Source: Amphiscolops sp. MND2022 (taxonomy: Eukaryota). From it: DNA of 64,000 bases. Location: positions 38,070,001-38,134,000 of the forward strand of contig OZ076409.1 in assembly GCA_964187785.1 (NCBI GenBank), read 5' to 3'. A model generated the notes under the pieces. That model did no database searches. It worked only from the letters and a program-made list of their open reading frames with translations, and was not told the origin of the DNA. Each line of letters opens with the position of its first letter. The stretch's first letter is position 1. The position numbers were made by a program, and so were the translations under genes. Of the stretch, positions 11,297 to 23,082 are shown piece after piece.

Positions 11297-14200
11297 CAGC
11301 TACCGCGCTAACGCATATTTTGGTGCGGGTCGTCGAAGGGCATGCCTCGGCATGCCCACGGACGGGGGGCGTTGATAAATATGGGGGCGTTGATATAAAA
11401 TAATTGTCGTTGTGAGCAACTTGGTATTAAAAGGCACGTGCTGATTTTTCGGCATATCCAGACAGATTACCAAGATATAACTCTATGAAAATGTCGGAAC
11501 CAATATGTAATCCTTATACTGCGTAGCTCGGGAAGGTAAGGGCCGTAGTTCGGTGCTTTTTGCGAGTACATTCTCATCTCCCCCGGAAGGGGGGGATGGA
11601 ATGTACTCAACTGTTCCAAGTTATTTGATGAGAAAAAAATGAATAAATACACAAAATTTTCTATTATAAAAACAAAAAAGTATGTCAAACGACAACAAAG
11701 GGTGTTGATTGATTGCCAAACTGCCATGAATTACGTTTTGAGCAAACCATATTGCATCTCAATGGCTTTCAGTTCAGATAAATACTCATAACGTTTACTA
11801 TTCACGTGCTTTACACCTCCAAACATCACCTTCAAAACGTCATAAGTCAACGTTGAGCCAAGATAAAAAGACGTTCTAAACGGCATTTTTCTCGTCCAAA
11901 CAAGGGCTTTGCACATGCATTCACTTGCTTTACTGGTTGGGGGGTCTTTTCCCCCACTTTGGGGGCCCAAATAACGGAAAAAAAATTTTTGAAAATTTTT
12001 GAAATTTTTCAAGTCCCACAACTTTTCGCCCGGGAATGCTGGAACGCTGAAACTCCGTATTTAGGGCCAAATGGTTTTGCTGGGAATAAAACCGGCCAGG
12101 GGAGGCCTTTAGGCGAGTGCATTTTCGAAAAAATGGCAAAGATAAGCTTGACCGTTAGAAAAATGAAACCCCCCCGCTCCGGAAAAACGCTATATCTCCT
12201 CGAGTTTAAGTCGGATTGAGCTGAAAATTTCACACAGCATTCCTGAGACAGTTTGCAAACTTTCGTCAGCAAGGTTTGGAAGCGCTAGCGTGTACCCGTG
12301 GCGAGATATAAGATGAAATTTAAAAAAAGTTGAAAATTTTACCCCAAAAACCGTTATTTTGGTCAACAAAAAATGTTTAGCGAGCAAAACGTCAGTAGGG
12401 AATCATCTTCACCGTGCCGAGGGGGGTACGTGTGCCAAGTTTCAGCCAAATCGTACGGCTAGTTTTCGAGATCCCAAAATTTTTGATGGGTACGTAAAGG
12501 TTAAAAAATCCGAAATCCCGGGAGCGCGTCAGGGACCCTCCCCACACGCGCAACATCCCCCTTTGTGTAAAAAAACACCGGCACCTAGCGGGGAAAGACT
12601 GCGTGGCACTGGGCATTTGGCATACGTCGTCGAAGGGCATGCCTCGGCATGCCCACGGACGATGGGGCGTTGATGCAAGCAGGGGGCGTTGACGTTAGAG
12701 ATGTATGGTGGTAGTAGTAGGAGCAAGTAATGTACTTCATGTTAATTATTGTTTTAAAAAATCAAGTAATTAAAAATAACTTTTTTCAAAGCATAGAAAA
12801 CTTCCCATCCAAACATTGGCGCCATAGCATTAGGTTTTTAGCGAGTACATTCTCATCTCCCCCGAAAGGGAGATGAAATGTACTCAACTGCTTGATGTTA
12901 AAAGATGAGATAAATTGGAATAAATACATAAAAACAGTTATTATATAGAAGAAAAAAATACTCAAATGACATCAAAGTGTACTAATACTCTGCTAACCTA
13001 CAATGAAAATCGTTTTTAGCAAAACTGCTTGTATCTCAATGGTTTTCCGATGAGATAAAGACTCAAAACTTCAACTTTTAACATGCTTCATATATCCTAA
13101 CATCACATTCAAAACGTCATAAGTCAATGTCAAGTTAAGATAAAAAGATGTGCTAAACGGCATTTTTCTCCTCCAAACATGGGCGTTCCACATGAATTCA
13201 CTCAAAATACTGGTTGGGGGGTCGTTCCCCTTCATTGGGGGCCCGGAAAACGGGAAAAAATTTTTTTTAAAAATTTTGATATTTTTCCAAGTCCCACAAC
13301 TTTCCGCCCCGGAATGCTGGAACGCTGAAACTCCGTATTTAGGGCCAAATGGGTTTGCTGGGAGTAAATTCGGCCAGGGGGAGGCCTTTAGGCATGTACA
13401 TTTTCCAAAAAATGGCAAAGATAAGCTGGACCGTTAAAAAATTTACCCCGGAAACGCCCAAAAAACCGTTAATTTCTCGCCAAGTTTCAGTCCGATTTGA
13501 ACCAAAATTTGTCCACGCACTCCTCCAACAGCGCTGAGCAATATTGACGTCCACGTGCGGAACGCTACGGGCACCTGGAAATGAGATATTGGCTGACAAA
13601 CTTGAAAAAAGTGCATTTTTGTCATTTTTGGGTCCGTTATTTGCCCATATCTCCTCTCACAGTGGAATTTGGGAAAAATTACCTCCTACACGTTTTACCT
13701 ACTCACCAATTCCAGGCCACATGCCAAATTTCAGAAAAATCGTATGGCTCAAACTATGAGATCTCGTAGAATTCTGCACGTTTCGGTGAGCATCCAATTC
13801 TTCTAGGTCGTCGCGGGGCCCTACCCACTCCTCGATGCAAAAGCACGTCGAAAAGACACGGCCACCTAGGCTAACGCGCTCGAACATATCTTGGTATACG
13901 TCGTCGAAGGGCATGCCTCGGCATGCCCACGGACGGGGGGCGTTGATAAATATGGGGGCGTTGATATAAAATAAATGTCGTTGTGAGCAACTTGGTATAA
14001 AAAAGCACGTGCTGGTTTTTCTGCATACCCAGACAGATTACCAAGATATAACTCTATCAAAATGTCGGAACCAATATGCAATCTTTATACTGCGTAGCTC
14101 AGGAAGGTAAGGGCCGTAGTTCGGGGCTTTTTGCGAGTACATTCTCATCTCCCCCGTGAAGGGGGGATGGAATGTACTCAACTGTTTCAAGTTATTTGAT

Positions 14201-15153
14201 GAGAAAAAAATGAATAAATATACGAAATTTTTTCTTATATCAACAAAAAAAGATGTCAAATGACAACAAAGGGTGTTGATTGACTACCAAACTGATATGA
14301 ATTACGTTTTGAGCAAAACAGGTTGCATCTCAATGGCTTTCAGATCAGATAAATACTCATAACGTTTACTTTTCACGTGCTTCACACCTCCAAACATCAC
14401 CTTCAAAACGTCATAAGTCAACGTTGAGCCAAGATAAAAAGACGATTTAAACGGGATTTTTCTCCTCTAAACATGGCCTTTCCACATGAATTCACTCAAA
14501 TTACTGGTTGGGGGGTCTTTTCCCCTAGGGGGGGAGGGCGGAAAACGGGAAAAAAAAATTTTGAAATTTTTTGAAATTTTCTAAGTCCCACAACTTTTCG
14601 CCCGGGAATGCTGGAACGCTGAAACTCCGTATTTAGGGCCAAATGGTTTTGCTGGGAATAAAACCGGCCAGGGGAGGTCTTTAGGCGAGTACATTTTCGA
14701 AAAAATGGCTAAGATAAGCTGGACCGTTAGAAAAATGAAACCCCCCCGCTCCGGAAAAACGCTATATCTCCCCGAGTTTAAGTCCAATTGAGCTGAAAAT
14801 TTCACACCGCATTCCTGAGACAGTTTGCAAGCTTCCTTTAGCAGGGTTTTGAAGCGCTAGCGTAAACCGGTGGCGAGAAATAAGATAAAATTTGAAAAAA
14901 ATTCAAAATTTTACCCCAAAAACCGTTATTTTGGACAACAAAAAAAATTTTGCGGGAAAAACGTCAGTAGGAAATCATCTTCACCATGCCGAGGGGAGTA
15001 CGTGTGCCAAATTTCAGCCAAATCGTGTGGCTAGTTTAGGAGATCCCGAAAAATCGACCCCTGTTTCCTAGCTGGTGAACACCATACCCAAGAGCGCGCC
15101 AGGGACCCTACCCACACGCGCCACATACTTTATCGAATAGAAATCCCGGCACC

Positions 15154-18100
15154 TAGCTGCTACCGCAATCGGGAGTAGATATGGAGGTTGTTTGGTATAC
15201 GTCGTCGAAGGGCATGCCTCGGCATGCCCACAGACGGTGGGCGTTGATGTAAAGTATGTGGCGTTGACGTTAATTAAGTTAAAACGTGAGGTTTCAGCTT
15301 CCATAATGAGACCTAATAAAAATGTTGATCTTCTTTTTCAATGTTATTTAGTTTTAGTCAATACCATTTATTATTTTATTCAATTTGGTGGCATTAGGAC
15401 ACATTTTGAATGGAAAAAAATCAACTTTGTAAACAATTTGTTAATTAATATTCTTATAACGGAATTATCACATCGTTTTTGCCGTTGGCAAACTGTTGAT
15501 GAAGCTCTAATTGGTACTAATGCAACATATACCTACCCAAAAACACTCTTGATTAACGATTTTAGAAGGATAGCCCTTCCAAGTTGACACCAGGCCAACT
15601 TGAAAGGCTATCAAAATGTAACGGTTATGTTGACTGAAACATTGGAGGTCCCTGAAACTAATGTGAAAAAATTTTATTTCCGAAAAAAGTCCGTATTAGT
15701 TGATATTATGACGATTCAACCCACAAAACTACGCCTAAAGACATTTTGAAACCAAAAAACATATTCTGTAACTAACGGTTTGGACTTCCGGTGCTATATA
15801 CCGTTACCCCCCACAAAGTTTCATGACTATGTTCACTTCTGGAGGCCTTTAAAACACCTTCCAGGTACTTTTATCCATAAAATACCAAACATTTGTACCC
15901 TACAAACACAAAATTTGGCCCTTTCCGGTTGTTAACGGTACCAGGGGGACTTTGGGGTCAACGTAACGGTTACTTCCGAATGCTCTCCTCACGACCTCCA
16001 TTACATCATATAGTGTCCAAGCACATATTACCATTCCTTTCGCACCTAAATGCCCTTCAAAAGGTATAAAAATTGCAATTCTACTCACATAACGGTCATT
16101 TCCGGTCTCAAGGGGTAACGGGGGGTGACTGAAACTAGATCCCCCAACTCGTCTCAATGAGTACTACAATATGTTACCTAACGTTGCCCGGCTAGGATCG
16201 ACCCTTTGGGCTCAAAAAGTGCAATTTCCGGTCACATAGCGGTTAGGCTGGGGGGCCAAGTCGGTAACGGTGATAGATAGCGGTAATCTGTTTGCCCCCC
16301 TGAAGGCACCATATCATGGGTATGAAACCTTGTAGTAGTGATGGACACGATTGCTCCACGCGTTCAAGAGATATTTACCCCTCAATGCCCGTTTTCCGGT
16401 TTTGACAGTAAAAAAAGGAGGCGATCACCCTTGTAACGGCTAACGGGTTGGGTCAGGGGGTCCCAAACTACATGTTTCCGGTTGGTCCTTGTCTAAACCT
16501 ACTTTTGATATATGGCACCCGACACGCTACTCCCACACCTTCACACCGGAAATAACGGGGAAAATTGAAGGGGGGTAATTTTAAAACTCACATAACGGTC
16601 ATTTCCCGTCCGAGGGGTAAACTGGGGCCGGCAAACTACATGTCCCCCAACACGTCTCCAGATGCACTACAAAACATTACCGAACGACTCCGTGCTCAGA
16701 CGACTCCTTCCCGGTCAAAAAGTGCAATTTCCGGCAAAATAACGGTTGGGCCGGGGGGGCAAGTCCGTAACGGTGCATGATAGAAAAATTTTGTTTGGAC
16801 CTACGGAGGCCCCTTATCACCTACATGAGGTTTTGTCTGCTGACCGGAAGCGCTAAATCCACGGGGGGAAAAGATATGACGCAAAAAATAAATTTCACCC
16901 CCTGAGTTACCCCTTAACGGTCCCCGTTACCCATGATCTCCATTTTTGCCCAACATCGAACCCAGTGGGGGGCGATCTACTCTCAAAAAGTGAGTGGGGG
17001 CCAAAAAATTAAAGAAGGGGCGTGGTTAGTTCCCGAGATCGGGTTTAAAAGGTATAGGTTTTTAACGATAGCTGGCGGCACTCAGCTCGGAATCAGGACC
17101 CTACCCGATTCCTCCAAGAAAAAAGTTGGGGTTTCCCCCCCGCACCTAGCCCGGGATGTACGGGCGTCGTTAGAAGGGATTTGCCATACGTCGTCGAAGG
17201 GCATGCCTCGGCATGCCCACAGACGGTGTGCGTTGATGTAAAGTGTGTGGCGTTGACGTTAATTAAACTAAAAGATGACGTTTCAGCTTCCATAATGAAA
17301 TGTAATTTTCAATTTGAACTTTTATAAATCTGTTACAAACATTCCAATTATTACCATTTGTTAGGTAAATAGGTTTCCTGGCATTTAGGACACATTTTGT
17401 ATGGAAAAAACCATTTTTTTAACAATTTGCTCACTATGATTCTAATAACGGAATCATGACGGCATAGTTTTTGTCGTTGATACACTGTTGATGAAGCTCT
17501 AATTGGTACTAATGCAATATATACCTACCCAAAAACACTCTTGATTAACGATTTCAGAAGGATAGCGCTTCCAAGTTGACACCAGGCCAACTTGAAAGGC
17601 TATCATAAGTTAACGGTTATGTTGGTTGAGGTTTCGGAGTCTCTGAAACTATATGGAAAAACTTTAATTTTTAAAAATAGTCCACAAGAGTCGAAAAAAT
17701 TACGCCGAAAGACATTTTAAAACCAAAAAACCTATCCTGTCTCCAACGGTTTGACTTCCGGTGCTATATACCGTTACCCCCCACAAGGTTTCATGACTAT
17801 GTTCACTACTGTAGACCGTCGAAACACCTAATAGATACTTTCATCTACAAAATACAAAACATTTGTACCCAATAGACACAAAATTTGACCATTTCCGGTC
17901 GTTTACGGTACCAGGGGGACTTTAGGGTCAACATAACGGTTATTTCCGAATGCTCGCCTCACGTCCTCCCTTACCTCATATAGTGTCCAAGCACCTATTA
18001 CCACTTCTTCCGCACCTAAATACACTTGAAAAAGTATAAAAATTGCAATTTTACCCACATAACGGTCATTTCCGGTCCCAAGGGGTAACGGGGGATGACT

Positions 18101-21100
18101 GAAACTATATCCCCCAACTCGTCTCATTGAGTACTACAATAAGTTACCTAACGTTCCCCGGCTGGGACCGACCCTTTGGGCTCAAAAAGTGACATTTCCG
18201 GTCACATAGCGGTTAGGCTGGGGGGCCAAGTCGGTAACGGTGATAGATAGCGGAAATCTGTTTGCCCCCCTGAAGGCACCATATCATGGGTATGAAACCT
18301 TGTAGTAGTGATGGACACGATTGCTCCACGCGTTCACGAGATATTTACCCCTCAATGCCCATTTTACGGTTTTAGCACTAAAAAAAGGAGGCGGAAGCCC
18401 CATTTCCCGCTAACGGGTTGGTCCAGGGGGTCCCAAACTACATGTTTCCGATAGGTCCTTGTCTAAACCTACTTTTGTTATATAACACCCGACGCGCTAC
18501 TCCCACTCCTTCACACCGGAAATAGCGGTAAAACGTGGAGGGGGGCATTTTTCACGCTCATATAACGGTCATTTCCCGTCCGGGGGGTAAATTGAGGTTG
18601 GCAAACTACTTGTCCCCCACTTCGTCTCAAGGCCGTCCCCAATACATCACCTAACGACCCCGCGCTCAGACGACTCCTTCCGGGTCAAAAACCTGCGTTT
18701 CCGGAAAAATAACGGTTTGAGCGGGGGGGTACTTGGAGATAGCTTCAAGATAGAAAAATTTGGTTTGGACCTTCGGGGCCCCTGCAACACGGTCAAGAAA
18801 CTTTTAGCAGGGTTCCAAAGTTTTAAATCAACAGAAAAAAAGTTATGTGGCCCAATATGAATTTTACCCCTAAAATGACCCCCTAACGGTCGCCCGTGTG
18901 GCCAGAAAAAAATTTTCCGGGGTATGGAACCCGGTGGGGGGCGCTAATTTTCGGAAAATCTGGTGGGGGCCGCTCCAACTTTAAAATCCTATGGTTAGAT
19001 CACGAGATCCCGAAATTTTTGCAAGATTTCCTATCGATAGCTATTAGAGTTAAAATCGGATTCAGGACCCTACCCGAATCCTCCAATATCTTTGTTGGGG
19101 TTACCCCCCCGCACCTAGCTGCTAACGCGCTCGGGGGTGTTGTGTTGGAGGAATTTGGTATACGTCGTCGAAGGGCATGCCTCGGCATGCCCACAGACGG
19201 TGGGCGTTGATGTAAAGTATGTGGCGTTGACGTTAATGAAACTATAATATGACATTTCAGCTTCCATAATGAAGCCTAATATTCAATTTGAAGTTTTATT
19301 AGCTGTTATATACAATTCAATCAATTCCATTTGTTTGGTAAAGAAGTTTTCTGGCATTTAGAACACATTTAAAGTGTAAAAAATCAACTTTATTAATATT
19401 TTGTTAACTATTATTCTAATAACGGAATCATCACGACATAGTTTTATCGTTGGCTAACTTTTCTTGAAGCTCTAATTGATTCTAAAGTAATACAAACATA
19501 CTCAAAAACACACTTGATTAATGATTTTTGAAGGATAGCCCTTCCAAGTTGACACCAGGCCAACTTGAAAGGCTATCATAAGGTAACGGTTATGTTGGTT
19601 GAGGTTTCGGAGTCTCTGAAACTATTTGGAAAAACTTTATTTTCCAAAAATAGTCCATAATAGTCGACAAAAGTAGGCCGAAAGACATTTTAAAACCAAA
19701 AAACTTATCCTGTCTCCAACGGTTTGGACTTCCGGTGCTATAAACCGTTACCCCCCACAAGGTTTCATGACTATGTTCACGACTGCAGACCGTCGAAACA
19801 CCTAATAGGCACTGTTATCCATAAAACACCAAACATTTGTACCCTTTAAACACAAAATTTGACCATTACGGGTCACTTCCGGTACCAGGGGGACTTTAGG
19901 GTCAGCATAACGGTTAATTCCGAAAGCTCGCCTCACGTCCTCCCTTACCTCATATAGTGTCCAAGCACCTATTACCACGCCTTCCGCACCTAAATACACT
20001 TGAAAAAGTATAAAAATTGCAATTTTACCCACATAACGGTCATTTCCGGTCTCAAGGGGTAACGGGGGGTGACTGAAACTATATCCCCCAACTCGTCTCA
20101 TTGAATACTACAATAAGTTACCTAACGTTCCCCGGCTGGGACCGACCCTTTGGGCTCAAAAATTGACATTTCCGGTCACATAGCGGTTAGGCTGGGGGGC
20201 CAAGTCGGTAACGGTGATAGATAGCGGAAATCTGTTTGCCCCCCTGAAGGCACCATATCATGGGTATGAAACCTTGTAGTAGTGATGGACACCGTAGCTC
20301 CACGCGTTCACGAGATATTTACACCTCAATGCCCATTTTACGGTTTTAGCAGTAAAAAAAGGAGGCGGAAGCCCCATTTCCCGCTAACGGGTTGGTCCAG
20401 GGGGTCCCAAACTACATGTTTCCGATAGGTCCTTGTCTAAACCTACTTTTGTTATATAACACCCGACGCGCTACGCCTACTCCTTCACACCGGAAATAGC
20501 GGTAAAACGTGGAGGGGGGCATTTTTCCCGCTCAAATAACGGTCATTTCCCGTCCGGGGGGTAAACAGGGGTCGGCAAACTACATGTCCCCCGCTTCGTC
20601 TCAAGGCCGTCCCCAATACATCACCTAACGACCCCGCGCTCAGACGACTCCTTCCGGGTCAAAAACCTGCGTTTCCGGAAAAATAACGGTTTGGGCGGGG
20701 GGGTACTTGGAGATAGCTTCAAGATAGAAAAATTTGGTTTGGACCTCCGGAGCCACTGCAACACGGTCAAGAAACTTTTAGCAGGGTCCCAAAGTTTTAA
20801 ACCAACAGGAAAAAAGTTATGCGACCGGATATAAATTTTACCCCCAAAATGACCCCTAACGGTCGCCCGTGTACCCCGTCAAAATATTTCAATCACGCTG
20901 GAACCCGGTGGGGGGCGAATAACTTTGGAAAATCTGGTGGGGGCCGCTCCAACTTTAAAATCCTATGGTTAGATCACGAGATCCCGAAATTTTTGCAAGA
21001 TTTCCTATCGATAGCTATTAGAGTTAAAATCGGATTCAGGACCCTACCCGAATCCTCCAATATATTTGTTGGGGTTACCCCCCCGCACCTAGCTGCTAAC

Positions 21101-23082
21101 GCGCTCGGGGGTGTTGTGTGGGTGGAATTTGGTATACGTCGTCGAAAGGCATGCCTCGGCATGCCTACGGACGGTGGGCGTTGATGTAAAGTATGTGGCG
21201 TTGACGTTAATTAAACTATAATTTGACGTTTCAGCTTCCATAACGAGACCTATTAAAATGTTGATCTTCTTTTTCATTGTTATTTAGTTTTAGTCAATAC
21301 CATTTATTATTTTATTCAATTTGGTGGAATCAGGACACATTTTACATTGAAAAAATCAACTTTGTAAACAATTTGTTAACTAATATTCTTATAACGGAAT
21401 TATCACGACATCGTTTTTGCCGTTGGCAAACTGTTGATGAAGCTCTAATTGGTACTAATGCAACATATACCTACCCGAAAACACTCTTGATTAACGATTT
21501 TAGAAGGATAGCCCTTCCAAGTTGACACCAGGCCAACTTGAAAGGCTATCAAAATGTAACGGTTATGTTGACTGAAGCATTGGAGGTCCCTGAAACTAAT
21601 GTGAAAAAATTTTATTTCCGAAAAAAGTCCGTATTAGTTGATATTATGACGATTCAACCCACAAAACTACGCCTAAAGACATTTTGAAACCAAAAAACCT
21701 ATTCTGTAACCAACGGTTTGGACTTCCGGTGCTATATACCGTTACCCCCCACAAGGTTTAATGACTATGTTCACTTCTGAAGGCCTTTAAAACACCTTCC
21801 AGGTACTTTTATCCATAAAATACCAAACATTTGTACCCTATAAACACAAAATTTGGCCATTTCCGTTCGTTAACGGTACCAGGAGGACTTTGGGGTCAAC
21901 GTAACGGTTACTTCCGAATGCTCTCCTCTCGACCTCCATTTCATCATATGGTGTCCAAGCACCTATTACCACTCCTTCCGCACCTAAATACACTTGAAAA
22001 AGTATAAAACTTGCAATTTTACCCACATAACGGTCCTTTCCGGTCCCAAGGGGTAACGGGGTGTGACTGAAACTATATCCCCCAACTCGTCTCAATTAGC
22101 ACTACAATAAGTTACCTAACGTTCCCCGGCTGGGACCGACCCTTTGGGCTCAAAAAGTGACATTTCCGGTCACATAGCGGTTAGGCTGGGGGGCCAAGTC
22201 GGTAACGGTGATAGATAGCGGAAATCTGTTTGCCCCCCTGAAGGCACCATATCATGGGTATGAAACCTTGTAGTAGTGATGGACACGATTGCTCCACGCG
22301 TTCACGAGATATTTACCCCTCAATGCCCATTTTACGGTTTTAGCAGTAAAAAAAGGAGGCGGAAGCCCCATTTCCCGCTAACGGGTTGGACCAGGGGGTC
22401 CCAAACCACATGTTTCCGATAGGTCCTTGTCTAAACCTACTTTTGATATATGACACCCGACGCGCTACTCCCACTCCTTCACACCGGAAATAGCGGTAAA
22501 ACGTGGAGGGGGGCATTTTTCCCGCTCATATAACGGTCATTTCCCGTGCGGGGGGTAAACTGGGGTCGGCAAACTATATATCCCCCGCTTCGTCTCGAGG
22601 CCGTCCCCAAAACATCACCTAACGATCCCGCGCTCAGACGACTCCTTCCGGGTCAAAAACCGGCATTTCCGGAAAAATAACGGTTTGGGCGGGGGGGTAC
22701 TTGGAGATAGCTTCAAGATAGAAAAATTTGGTTTGGACCTCCGGGGCCCCTGCAACACGGTCAAGAAACTTTTAGCAGGGTCCCAAAGTTTTAATCCAAC
22801 AGGAAAAAAGTTAAGCGACATTATATAAATTTTACCCCTAAAATGACCCCTAACGGTCGCCCGTGTACCCCGTCAGAATATTTCAATCACGCTGGAACCC
22901 GGTGGGGGGCGAATAACTTTGGAAAATCTGGTGGGGGCCGCTCCAACTTTAAAATCCTATGGTTAGATCACGAGATCGCAAAAAATTTCCCAGATTTCTA
23001 CTGAGAGCTGGCGGCACTGAACTCGGATTCAGGACCCTACCCGAATCCTCCAAGATAAGGGATGGGGTTTCCCCCCCGCACC
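15154..23082 (+). mobile_element. Four class C (subtype C1) cassettes (1993, 1969, 1974, 1993 bp)
   Basis: Units start at 15154, 17147, 19116 and 21090. They have the same 5' palindrome as class B but a different body with a GATAGCC...GGCTATC hairpin and a TAACGG-rich interior. They end AGGACCCTACCCG...CCCCCGCACC. Confidence 0.7.
15569..15612. other. Class C internal 44-nt hairpin GATAGCC..CAAGTTG..CAACTTG..GGCTATC (representative)
   Basis: Two nested inverted repeats, present in all 8 C units. The inner stem is mutated in the 37992 copy. Confidence 0.85.

Larger units (their letters stand above)
10004..15153 (+). mobile_element. Four class B cassettes (about 1.28-1.29 kb each)
   Basis: Units start at 10004, 11294, 12586 and 13867. 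They share the palindrome, internal hairpin and central block. Unit 12586-13866 is a divergent subtype related to 62054-63321. Confidence 0.7.

Noticed and set aside
11232..11365. Self-cleaving ribozyme (hammerhead or HDV-like) at the junction, as in retrozyme arrays
   Set aside because: I could not build a conserved CTGATGA...GAAA core or an HDV double pseudoknot by eye on either strand. An Infernal search would be needed to exclude it fully.
14092..14132. tRNA/SINE-like stretch GCGTAGCTCAGGAAGGTAAGGGCCGTAGTTCGGGGCTTTTT (A-box-like, GTTCG, T-run; also contains a splice-donor-like AGGTAAG)
   Set aside because: There is no cloverleaf (no anticodon arm or acceptor stem), the box spacing is too short, and the motif is not conserved in other B subtypes. 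No known spliced-leader sequence was recognised.
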